Assembly (NCBI GenBank): GCA_003614675.1
Contig: ML002245.1
Location: 1 to 60,073 of the forward strand
Reading direction: 5' to 3'
Source: Dimargaris cristalligena
Lineage: Eukaryota
DNA length: 60,073 nucleotides
Part shown: positions 1 to 12,149 of the stretch, piece by piece
Position numbering within the stretch: the first letter of the stretch is position 1
Layout: every line of letters begins with the position of its first letter
Program-made: the position numbers and the translations under genes
The notes under the pieces: generated by a model
What the model was told of the DNA's origin: nothing
The model's input: the letters and a program-made list of their open reading frames with translations, nothing else
Databases searched by the model: none

Positions 1-1974
1 CAGGGGCAGGGGCAGGGGCTCATTCACTTGTCAGGGGCGTACTTCCGATAAGTGCGAAAAATAGATAAAAAATAAAAGTAGGTAAAAAATGTGGTAGGTT
101 CACCACACCAGGCAACATAACCCACCTTTATTTTATGTACATGGCTTTCTATATTTGTTGGATTACCAGAAATTATGTGCTACTTGTGAAGAATGGCAGA
201 ATGCCACTTAAGGTCCTTTTCTTAATAATAGCAGGACAAAATACCAAAATCTGTATGTTGCCTACTTACTCTTACAGACACTACATCCAAGCTCCCTTAA
301 AGGCACATGCTAGTACATTTACTACCCATTACATCCCATTTGTCCATTAAAGTAAAAATAATTAGATGATATTGCCTAGATTAACTACTCTTAGTCCATC
401 AAGAGTCCTAAGGATAGGCTTCTAATGGTAGGTGGGGCTTAGGCTTGGCCAAGCAGTCTACTAGTGCCAGGTACAGGCATGGTACTACTGATAAAGGCTG
501 TGTACAGGTATAGGTAAGGGATGTGTAGTAGGTATACTTACTAGTTAGTATGAAGGGAGTGAGCATATATAGAGGCTATTGGGGGTAAACTAGGGGTAAG
601 AATAAGCTAAGGAATCTAACTAGACCCAATGGGGCCCATTTAGGTATATATGGGGATGACTTTAGATGGTGGTCCCAAGGAAAGAATACTACTAAGATTA
701 TGATATAGCTAAATGGGCCACCCAGATAGTCATAGGTATCCAGAAGCCTCTGAAGGCAAATGGAAGAGTCTTTAGATTAGTGCTTAAGTGATTAGTACAA
801 AGGGATAGAGTTTAGAAGGGGAAGGGTTATATAATATAGGGTGATCCCATAGTACTGGGGGTGACTATGGGAAGGTTAATATGGTGCTATAAGGCCTAAT
901 AGGGATAGATACTATAGTGTCTAGATTAAGGCAGATTAGATAGTCTGATAGATACTTCACCAAAATGTAGTATTGCCTTAAAATATACTCTCACCACAGT
1001 CAGCAGAGATAGGCTACAGGAGACTACTGCTTTATTATAGCAAGGGATAATACTTAGCCACTGCATATGTCCATATATTCATTCATGGCATCTGTAATGG
1101 GGCAGAGGATTTGAGAATATAACTAAATGGAGATGGGTTAGATAGTTGGTATAGCAACTCTTGAACAGCACTGCCCTTTGAAAAATGCAATAGTCAACAA
1201 GTTAGTGAAAGCCTATTGATGCAACCCCCCATCTGGTATACTAACCATAGGCCTATTGTCAACTAGCATAACCTTCATGCATTAGTTATTTTGAAAAATA
1301 TATCCTGATGGGTCTATTATTCTCTCCTGTTTCTGGCCAATTATGTAGGTATATTTGGTTATTCTTTGTCCTCCCATTTTAACCACTTATACTGCTCCAT
1401 GCTAACTACACTGTTCAATAAAACTAGCCACCTAGAGTCACCTGCCATTCTCTAACTGCTTTCTTCTCTTCCACCCAGTTTTATGGATGTCTTTAGTAGT
1501 TCCAACCCAATGGGTTTCACTAGGACTACATTTTTAAACTATGTAGTCTTAGCCCATTGATTAAATAATGTGAGTTAACTACAATGTATCACTGCTCTCT
1601 TTTGGATGTTTTTTTTATAACTAGCAGCATTTCCTATAGTCACTTCATTGAAAAGGCCTGCCTACTTTATTGGCATATATATACTACTGTTGTGCAGAAT
1701 AGTCTGTGGCATTGTGGCTGGACTATTGCCTGGCTTGCTACTTACATTAGGTATGGTTGTACCATAGAACCTTCCTTATAGGAACAACCACATACAGTGG
1801 TTAATATACAGTTGTGGCTTAGTTACAACCAAAATCAGTATAACACTTCCACCAAAAAAAAATATGAAAAAAATGCCTGTAACATCTGGTCTCCACCTGA
1901 TATAGACAACATAAAACAGTCCTAGCTGCTGGCATATCTATTATCCCAATGTGCCCATTATAGAAAACCCAGTC
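1..1974 (-). mobile_element. Degenerate, CpG-free repeat; probable Ty3/gypsy LTR-retrotransposon gag/protease relic
   Basis: I found no CG dinucleotide between 57 and 1974, and there are abundant TA/TAG/TG/CA and stops in all frames. Broken minus-strand peptides ('YLINGLR..FKNVVLVKP' near 1500-1570; 'ADCG' near 1000; 'TLPFAFRGFWIPMTIWVAHLA..YSFLGTT' near 670-770) loosely resemble gag followed by aspartic protease. The family assignment is inference. Confidence 0.45.
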
Positions 1975-2743
1975 CGCCATGACCATCCTATTGAACCACT
2001 TAATGGCCATTCAATATAAGTTGCCATGTTGGCCTACTCTGCGTCGTGATTGGCCAATATATACATACAGAGCCTATTCTTAATGCTGAGCTCTACCATC
2101 ATAGTATTTCCCATGAATGTATTATGATCCGCCTTAGGTTTCCATTTCAAGCCATTAGGTTACCATAAGTATACGCAATTGTAATGGATTGCCCTTCTTT
2201 TTTTTTTTTTAGAAAACCGCAATACCTCTTCAGACCCATCCTACTCATTCAGACTATTAATCGTTAGGCGGATTTGGGCTAATGGCTGACTTGGCCAATC
2301 CGGCAGATGTGGGTAAAAGCAGCCAAGTCTCAGTACGCATAAACTGGGGATCTATTCTGAAGATTATTCACGCCGTTTTGGTAGCGCTCAATGTGCCGTA
2401 CGTCATGCCAGGTATTTTTTAAAAGATCAGCCACGTTAACATTAAATCTCCATAGTTATCCCAACCACTACCTAAGTATATAACAACCGTATGTCCTCTC
2501 CTCACGGCAGGGGGCCAAATGCCATTATATATACATGAAGTCAACTATAGAAATTATCACCATTTCTTTTTTACATGTTTTTTGATAGTCGGTATTCCAT
2601 TTTCTCTATACACCAATCTTTGTAACATATTATATTAATACACTCTGTATATTAGTTGATTAAATACATATATTTATAATTATTAAGTATTAGTCCATTG
2701 TTTATCTGTATATCCTCTTGCATCCTTCCCGGCAGCATATAAA

Positions 2744-3866
2744 ATGAGGGGGGTGGTCAATTGGGGCCGTCTGACCATTCTAATTCTGGATATACTATTT
2801 ATTGGATTTGCTAATTCAACGAAGACCATGATATTCGGCGACGTAATCCTCATAGACCCGAGTCTTATAGACATTAAACAGAACCTCACCACTTCCACCA
2901 TAGCCAGCTCGACCATGACGTTTCAACTTCAAGACGATGATCGAGTATCACAGGGGGTAAGGGCTGAATCACAGTTTATTCGCAACCTTCCACCTATTTC
3001 TATGAATCAATACAATAACATACCAGTCGTTTCTGGTAGGCATGTATTTTTATGAATATATGTTCGATTCTTTACCATCAACTGCTGTACGACAATGTCT
3101 ACTCTCGATATGTCTCGAAACTGTGATTGGCGGGCCGACTCATTTACTTTTTCACATTTAATGGTACATGCTACATCTCACTTATTCCAACCCTTAGGGT
3201 ATTATGATGGCGATCGACGACCTGGAGAAGAATCGACTGACGACCGTCAAATACGTAGTTCTAGTTAAGCAAACCAATAGTACAGTAGGCACCACCCTAC
3301 CGGTGGATCTACTGCAAGCCATCGACCTCTTCGTTGTCTACCAGTCCGACAACAGCAACAGATGTTGGGAACTGGGGTACAATTCCCAGGTTCCATGTCT
3401 AGTTATTCCTTACCTACAGGGAATTCAACTAGCCGCTATGCTCAGTACCCTCTACAACCAACGGCTGGCGTGGACCGATGTGACGCATCAGTTCCCCGGC
3501 TGGGCCAATCTCACTATCCCCACCGGGGCTCTCAACGCGACGGCTCTGACGGACCCATCGTTACTTCGCCGCCTTTTTGTGCGGATTCAAGTCACACCGG
3601 ATGATGAAGTAACCGATCCGAATAATGGGACCGGCCAGACTTTGAACATTGTCGCTGGCGCAATCGCGAGTGTCGTAGGGCTAATTCTACTCGCCAGTTG
3701 TTTGTGGCTATGTAAAACAGTCCACCACCAAAGAAGACTAGAGGAGTCGTCGCAGAGGGATCCCAAGAAGGAACAGGAAGGGTATAGTCAAAGAACCTCA
3801 CAAAGCAACACTACTATGGCATTGTCCACCTCTACGATCAACAGCAAATTTTACATTAAATCTTAG
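2744..3866 (+). CDS. Signal peptide + PA-like ectodomain + single TM helix protein (paralog A), ~293 aa, 2 exons
   Basis: Exons 2744-2956 and 3198-3866 (GTAAGG...CTTAG, phase 0) join in frame. It has a hydrophobic N-terminus and a TM segment 'IVAGAIASVVGLILLASCLWL' followed by basic residues, and is clearly homologous to 5094-6254. Confidence 0.8.
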
Positions 3867-5093
3867 TACTATTGGTACTATATAAATTGGCCTGTGGTGT
3901 ATCCTGTGTTTTATTAACGCTTTTATAAAAAATGCTAATGGGTGTTATGAAACCAGTTTATTAGATTAGGCAGGATGGTTCTAGTTTTAGGGAGCTACGC
4001 CGAAGGGGCAGATCTCTGCATAGGTCATTTTGAGATGCTTTGAAATACCCTGCTAGACCAAGGAGGAGGAGGGGGTGGATTTTCGCTATTACCGAGCATG
4101 GAATTCGGTTCAATTTGGTTGGTTCTGGCTAATTATTCGGCGAAAGCTCCCACATTTGCTGAAAACACTCCGTCCAGGAAACATACTTAATATGGGTGAA
4201 ATTCGGCTCAGCAGTATGAGGTTTTAAATGATGTGTGTATATGATAATACCCGGGAGAATTCTTTTTAACCGGTAGTTTCTGCCTCGTCAGGGGGATTTT
4301 TCGTTATCCAGTCCAGTTGAACCCCTCTCATGTGAACAGAACCTCCATACTCTAAGTGGCCCTGCCAGCACCAAGAATATGCTATTCCTCACCCAGACGA
4401 ATACATTATCATGTAACAGTTCCCCTATTGCCTCCCTAAATAAAAGCAATCAATCGCTTTGCTTTTGCGTTCAGCTAGAATTTTTAATAAAACTACAACA
4501 AGTCAGATTTTCTGGTAGTTCCCCGTATCTATCCTAGACTGGCGCATTAAACTCTCGTTTTACAAAGTGATTGTCCAACGCTTCACGATTATCCTAAATG
4601 GCGAAAAATGGCCCAAACCACGCCAATACGACTATTAAATCAAATAGGCCACAGTCAGTTTGGGTAAACAATAAAGACGTTTCCACTCCTGCTCACAAGG
4701 GAAGATCATCGTTTCACTCCAGGAATGTACACGCTTTTTCCAACCCATCACTGGGATTGTCAAAAAGGCCCATAAAAAAGCTGCTCGGACGAAGAAGCCG
4801 TTTCCGAAATATATGCCAGTCAATTGGCATTCCCCTCTTCACATCCTTATTCTGGACCATTATCCCTTAGTGTGAATATGTATGCTGCTCTTGACGGCGC
4901 CTTCTTGTCTAATGATTTATATTTCAACCAGTTATTATAATTCGGCTCCTAGAGGCCTACTTTTAGTGATGTTTTAATATCGGAATATCGAATTTACTAC
5001 AGTATCCAATTGTTTGCGTATACGATTTGTTTTTGTTTTTTCGGGTTTTGGTCAACCCAGTTTGCTCTTACTTTCCAGTCGGACAAATCCGCC

Positions 5094-6254
5094 ATGCCAT
5101 CGCCACCCAATCGATATTTTTTTATCGGCCTTATTCTCGTTTTACTTCACATTAACTTCGTCACCTGTACTGATACAACCCTATTCGGGGATGTTGTTCG
5201 GCTAAACCCCAACTCCAAGGACATTGTCCTGAACCTAACCACCTCAGTCGTTGCCAATACGACCTTGACTGTTCGCCTTGATAGTGACATACGATTACCC
5301 GAAGGAGTAAGTACGACATACAGCTGTTGCGAACGTTTAGTAGATTTTCTTGATGCTCTTTACAGACTTAGAAATTATTACAATATCATGGGTGCATTGG
5401 AGATGATGGCACGCAGCCCTACCCCAACTCCCTGCTAGAATAAGTAATATGCCCACGAATCATAAAGCTAACCCATCATTTATATTTACCCCATTATATA
5501 TGTGCCCATTTATGTCAATTTACACCACACCTTCTTCTTAACCAAGGGGCTTTTGCTTAAGTTTGAGGATTTTACTAGTCACAGTTTGATCCCTGAAGCC
5601 AAGTATGTCGTCCTGGTCGAGGAAATTAACGGTAAGGCGACCTATCCGCCTTCAGCCAGTCACCTCAAACAAGTCAACCTGTTCGTCGTCTACCAGTCGG
5701 GCGATAATAACCAATGCCGCGACATTGGCGTCTTCGCCAATTGCCCGTGCGTCGTGATTCCGTACCAGCAGGGAACCCACTTGGCAGCACTAGCAGATAC
5801 CCTTTCGGACCCGCAAATACCGTGGGCTGAAGTCACCGACCGATACCCCGATCTGGTGGTAGTCCCCGACGGAGGTCTGGCGAACTCCACCACCACCCCC
5901 CCTTGGAGTGATTCGAACTTGGACCGCCGGCTGTTCGTTAGGGCCCGGGTCATGGAGCACGGCCAAGCGGTCTCGACCACCGCCACTTCCAACCACACCC
6001 TGGCTATTGTGGCGGGCACGGTCTCGGGTGTGGTGGGATTGCTACTAATTGTTGTGGGCTGGTGTCTATTTAAAACGATCCGTCGGCAGCAAAGTTTGCG
6101 GAAAACGGCTCCGAAACAGCCCCGGGGGTACCGGCAGCACACGTTTTTGGATATGCCACCCATAACCACTGGCTCACAAATCGGATTGGAAAGTGTGGTA
6201 GACCCCGACGACATTAAGATTTCGGAATCTTATTCGATGAAAACTAATCATTAG
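5094..6254 (+). CDS. Signal peptide + PA-like ectodomain + single TM helix protein (paralog B), ~306 aa, 2 exons
   Basis: Exons 5094-5306 and 5547-6254 (GTAAGT...CAAG, phase 0). It shares FGDV, NLTTS, KYVVLV, LFVVYQS, PCxVIPYxQG, RRLFVR and TLxIVAG with paralog A. TM segment 'IVAGTVSGVVGLLLIVVGWCLF'. Confidence 0.8.
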
Positions 6255-7203
6255 TTATTTGTTGAACCATAATTTTTTTCTTTTGTGATATTCGAGATGG
6301 TGCGGCTCACTATATGATTATTACTATTATTATCGATTATTTAATAATGCTGTATGATATTAGACTATCAGTATTGTGATTTTGTGGACTTTGGCTGGAC
6401 TGGCCGGGGTCGCCTGGCATAAAGGTAGTAACCAGTTTTGTGTGTAGATTGTAGCTGTCGCGGCAATGAACACTGCTTCTGCGACTTTTGATCAGCAGTG
6501 TGACAGTAAATGGGCCAACTAATGGTTATCTCAACTTATGAATACTTCGCAATATTTATTATATAGCCCCTGTAGAGTCGAGGAGGTGTGGCAGCTGGTC
6601 AGGAGGGCACCCGTGATTCCGAAACCAGATGGCATTGTCCATCAGCAGGAGTATAGAGTAAGCGAAAGCGGGCTATTGTGGTTCCCAGTTCGCATGACTG
6701 ACCTGTAAACAAGGATAGATGCTCCGGATCTTAACCATAGGGGTCAATATTAAATACCAGCCATGGCCAACCTAGCACGTCAAGTAATTTTTGATCCCCC
6801 CTTTACTGGTGCTTTTTATCTTTTCTGTCTACTGACACTGATTTTTTCTATTAATGATAGGTTCTTCTACCATTGACCTTGTACTACGCGTATCTCCTTA
6901 ATTTAATACAAGCGACTGAAATGGGTATAAGTAAGGTATTGCACCGCTATCGAGCCAAAGGTATATAACACAAGCATCAATTTTTCCTGTTCGTGACAGT
7001 CCAATTTTTATCGGCTGCTTTCTCAATCCCTATTACACTTCTTTAACCACAGACAAACCTATATATCTCCCGCTATCCTTCACATATTTGCCAATCTAAG
7101 TCAGTCACTTTATTGGCCAACCCATTAGCCGCCACTCCACCGTAAGGTCAGGTAGCGAATCACTAACCACTGCCTCCTGCTCCCCAGGCTTAGCCCTACT
7201 ACT

Positions 7204-8545
7204 ATGGCTTTTTCAGCCCTCCCATGACTGGGGCCACCGACTCATTCGCCATCTCGACAACCAAGACCAACTCCGCCTCGCCCGGGTTTGCCATGCCCTC
7301 AGGCCGGCCATCACCGCCTCGTACCAATTCTCCGTCGTCCACCTGGGTGACATTCCCCTCCAACCCCCGGCCCTGACCCGGTTTATCACCCGGTACCGAC
7401 CGAGTCTACATAGCCTATTCATTCGCCTCCCGGAACCATCCCCTAGCATACCGCCGTATGCCTGGTTAAGGGCCGTGTGCCGACTGTTTAGTGAAGTGGG
7501 CCGTCTCGACCATGTGGACTGGTACTTACGCCGACCCGCGAGCTGGCCGGCGGTGGCCCGTTGTTTGGAACACCTGGCCCCGGCGTCCCCCCGGCGCTTG
7601 ACGATCCACTTGGTCAGCCTGGACCAGCAGCAACCCCTGGAGACGCTCCCTTCCTATGCGGACCTAGTCAGGCATTATTTTACCGAGGCCCTCTATGCCC
7701 GATTGGCCCGCATCCGGTCGATCGAACTTTATGTGGAAGGACGGTCCCCCACGGCAACGGATACGACGGACCAGATGCTCCAGATGCTGGCCCCTTTTTC
7801 CGGGATGCGGGAATTGCGCCTTTATTTGCCCGAACCGGACGACCGTATTTGCCAGGAGCTCCGGAACCGGTACCCTCATTTAACCCGCCTAGCCCTATAC
7901 GACAGTCTATGGAATTTTACCCTCCTTTTAACTATACAACCGCGTCGGTTCTCCCGGTTGGTGTCACTCAAACTATCATGCGGTAGCGATGAGGCCCAGT
8001 GCCAAGCTTTGGGAGACCTTGTAGCGACCGACTACCCACATTTGCGGCATTTGGAACTGGATTTTCCTTTCGAACCCGAGACCCTTTCTGCCGGTCAAAA
8101 ATCGCAGTTGAGGCGTCTCTATGACCAGCCATGGCCCCAGATTAACTCACTCGCTTTTGCCAAAGATTTCCCAGTCATGGATCAGATTATTGCCGGGATA
8201 GGCACCCTCATAGTTCGTAATTTCCCCCGACTCCGCAACTTCTCCATGATCCATTTCCAGGGACCTTTAAATGATTATGCGCTCATCCTGAACAATTGCC
8301 ATAAACTCAAATCGTTTGATGTTCTCGATTTCGAAGGGTTCTTTCTCCCAAAAATACTGCTTTATACTTTTCACAATACTTCCCTTTCCCGGGTTGACCT
8401 ACATTACTCAGACTGTGGCCGGGGTGACCTGGAAAGACTCAAACGGCGCGTACCTAATCTCCAAGAAGTGTGTGCACGACCTCGCGATCCCCAAACTATA
8501 AGCGACTTCCAGGTGAAATACCCGCACATTTATCTTATTACTTAA
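7204..8545 (+). CDS. F-box / leucine-rich-repeat (RNI-like) protein with an apparent frameshift near 7221-7224 (assembly error or pseudogene)
   Basis: ATG 7204 gives MAFSALP then TGA. The +1 frame continues HDWGHRLIRHLDNQDQLRLARVCHAL (F-box-like) without stops into ORF 7475-8545, which carries LRR-like LxxLxL units (LRELRL-type, LRHLEL, LRNFSM, LKSFDV, LQEVCA). Confidence 0.7.
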
Positions 8546-9064
8546 GGAGGTCCTAGACTTGGCAGATGTATATAAATGGCGATGGATAAATATGGTTCCC
8601 GAATGAGCTCAATAAATCCAGGAATTGCATTTTGAAAACCAAAATTATAAGAAACTATATAACATAACACCCAATGGTAGAGAAGGTGGTTTATTTCCTA
8701 GAATGGCGAACCGGTTAAGGTCGAGTAAAATAATAAAAATGGAGGCAGAGATGGGTCAAACTACATTTGAAGCTGTGATCTTGGTATGGTAGATGTGTTT
8801 CTTATCTTATCTTTTAATTCTTATTTTAAAAAAAAAAGATATAGAAAATAACGTAAAACCATGGCCGAGAGAATATATAGATTAATACAGCGGGTGCCTG
8901 ATGATGATATTGAGGAAAGTCGAGGCAGGGTATGGCTTTCTCTCCACCAAAGAGTTACACACTTTCCCATTTGATGCCGACCAGGATAACCGAGTAGCAC
9001 AGTTCAGAGGGATAACTAATAAAATAACCCAAACAAAAAAACCATATTCGTAGTGTACACCCAA

Positions 9065-10360
9065 TTAAGCCCCGCGGTTGCGAGACTCATCGGCGTACTG
9101 CCAGTGCAGCTCGTCGACGTCGGTAAGGCTGATGAATTCCCAACCTTCTTTGTTGATGTGGTAGACTGAGAGTGGTGGTGGTGAAAGGGGTAGGTAATTC
9201 AATGAAAAGGTAGAATGGGAGTTAGCCAGGCTATACGACCGTATGGTGGGGGGGCTCCAGGTGGCCTGATTAGCTGACTATGAAACTACATATATATATA
9301 TGGGGGGAGAGGCGGCCCCGTTTAATAGAGTTTAGGTATACTGAGATTAGAATACCGAATAAACCAACTATATAGAACAGCAAAAGAGGGTACTTACTTC
9401 GTACATAACCACCGGAGTAGGCATCCCGGTGGGTGGCGTGGTAGATGGATCGTTTGCCCAAATCAATGGCATCGGCCTTATTCATTTCGTGATCATAGCC
9501 GGTATCCAGCACACCGTACGCGAACGTCGCACCGGATCCCACCGAGAACAAATTCCCCTTGAGGCGGGTGCCGTCGTTATCCACGTAAAACAGGTTCGGG
9601 CCGGTCTTATCCCACCCGCTCACCATGGTACCCATGGACAAACCCATGCCCTTGTAGGAATACACCATGTTGGCCAAGAGCTTCGAGGCCGCGGCCACGG
9701 AAATGCGTTCTTTGTTGCGGAGCTCATAGAGGCGGCAGCGACGGCCCAGTTCGCGTTCCCAGAAGAAACAGTCGGCCGCACCACCGGCCATGGTACCCAG
9801 CAGGTAGGGGTTAATCTCAATGACTTTTTTGACGGATTGGGAGGCGATGACGGAACCCTGGGTGGCCCGCGAATCGACGGCTACTACCACACCGCCGGCG
9901 TACTTGAAGGCCAGAGTGGTCGTGCCATGGGCTAGCTTGATGAGGTTGTCGTTGTCGGATTTGACATCGGTGTAGGTGTTCAAGAAGTCGATGGGCTGGG
10001 GTAGAGTAATAGGATGAGGGGGGGGTGATGGGATTGGTTTTAGGGTTAGATCACATACCCTTCTCATTAGATAGACGCTTTAGAAAGACCCGGTCTATTC
10101 AGGTCATACTGAAAATACCTATATTTGGACACGCCCGCGGGTCCACTAAATAAGCCGAACTTGAAGATAGTCACAATATAAGGGGTGCCTAGCAACGGGG
10201 AGTAAGTTGGAATGCGACTTACGTTCTCGGCGTTGGGCAGATCGAATGAGAGGCTATCGAACTGCTTCGCAGCATCGCGGGCCAGGAAGTTACCGGGGGT
10301 CAGCTCAGCCCCGTAGCCGGTAGGCTCCGAAGTGTATTGGGCGACGATTTCGCTCAGCAT
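9065..10360 (-). CDS. PRE2: 20S proteasome subunit beta5 (chymotrypsin-like), ~278 aa, 3 exons
   Basis: Exons 10360-10223, 9995-9398 and 9165-9065. Propeptide cleavage site HG|TTTLAF, plus [23 protein letters not shown] and [11 protein letters not shown] motifs. Confidence 0.97.
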
Positions 10361-11090
10361 TGTTCCCTGGTTATGTTTGTGGGGTTGGATAAAGGACGGT
10401 CACTGAAACTAGTGAATAAACGGGAGATGCGGCACGAAGGATGGAGTGTTATAGTGTATGGGAATGGGCGGATTGATAGAAGCGGAAATGGAATAGTAGA
10501 AGATTAATGAACGAGGCCGAGTCAACCTACCGTGCGAGATGGCGATAAAGTGGAGGCAGAGTGTGGTTGGCTGAGTAAGCGGAGCTGGATATGGGTGCCT
10601 CTTGTCCTCTCTTTGAACTCACCCTATACCTATAGTCAATGCGTCCACATCCGACAACTCCCAAGCTAGGCGGAGGTGATGGTGGTGGAATGGAATAGGC
10701 GGTGTGGGAGAGGAGAATACATTGGCGGGGAAGGTATTACCCTCTCCTCTATACTCATGAGCCAGTCAGGTGACTTGGTATTAATGAAGGGGGAAAGGAA
10801 GGAGGCCACCATGATGTCTGACTAATGGGGGGGAATGCTACTCTCCCCCCCGCATACGCATAGAGCACTCTGCGCAGTTTGAATCGCCCAGCGAGAGCGA
10901 TCGTCAGTCTAAGCCGGGAGGCCCTGCTTGACGAACAGCCTTGCATCTGTGTTTCCATCCCCCGAAGTTCATTTCCGTTTATCCCTTGACTTTCCAATAA
11001 GCTACTACATTGCTTTCGGGCTTCCTGATACTTACTTATTCCCCCTCCAGTCCTCTCCCTTACCCAGCGGCCACCGCCATCTAGCCCAAC

Positions 11091-12149
11091 ATGGACGCCA
11101 TGCATGTGCGACCCTCCACTCATCCTACTTCGCAGGCCAAGGAGGCCGCCTTCTCTCCCTATGAAGATCACGGCGGGTAAGTCACACCCTCCATCCACCC
11201 GTAGTCTTACACCGCAAACCCAGCCTTGTACTCGAAAATCGGCCGCTACTCCTTCAACACACCATATGCCTATAAACGAACTACTCTAAAGCAATAGCCC
11301 TCTCTATTTATATTATTACCACCAACCTATTGATTTATAGCACGAACCTGGCCATTGCTGGACCAGACTACTGCCTCCTGGCCAGTGATACCCGTCAGAG
11401 CAACGGATACAACATCAATACTCGATTTGCGCCCAAGACCTTCAAGCTGTAAGTGCACCCATCCTTCCCTGAACCTTCCCTGGGTTTGTATAACATCCCC
11501 TTCGCTACTCCCCTCTCCAGACATACTACATGAATTCGCTATACGGTATGGATATAGATACGGGACGAGCACTAACCTCGATTACATATTCATACCCTGC
11601 CTCTCACATTTATCTTCTCCCAGCTCCAACAAATCCGTGCTGGCCACCGCCGGTTGCCAGCCTGACTGCGCCATGGTCACCACCCGCGTTAAGCAAAGCA
11701 TGCTGACCTACAAACACAACCACAATAAGGAAATGTCCACCTCGGCCATCGCCCAGATGTTGTCCATCATGCTGTACCAGCGGCGCTTCTTCCCGTACTA
11801 CGACTTCAACATCCTCGGCGGTCTGGACGAAGACGGCAAGGGCTGCGTGTACAGCTACGACGCCGTAGGTTCCTACGAACGGGTCCCTTGCAGTGCCTTT
11901 GGGTCCGCGTCGGCCCTGATCCAGCCCTTCCTGGATAACCAGGTGCGCAACAAGAACCAACTGGGTAAACCCAAAGTGACCGAATTCGAACCCGTCACCC
12001 CTTTGCCGCTGGCCGAGGCCCTCCGCATTTGCAAGGACTCCTTCACGTCGGCTACCGAACGGGATATTTACACCGGTGATTATTTACAAATCTTCATCAT
12101 TACCCGGGAGGGCGTCGAGGAACAGATTCACGAGCTCAAGAAGGATTAG
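11091..12149 (+). CDS. PRE7: 20S proteasome subunit beta6, ~239 aa, 3 exons
   Basis: Exons 11091-11176, 11341-11448 and 11624-12149. Motifs FSPYEDHGGT, LASDTRQS, LYQRRFFPYY, QPFLDNQV, SATERDIYTGD and C-terminal LKKD. Confidence 0.95.

Noticed and set aside
7225-7227. TGA as selenocysteine in the F-box gene
   Set aside because: The homologous sequence continues in a different frame, so readthrough would not restore the protein.
10361-11090. Rpn4/PACE element in the proteasome bidirectional promoter
   Set aside because: There is no GGTGGCAAA on either strand, only a weak GATGGCGATA, so it is not reported as a site.
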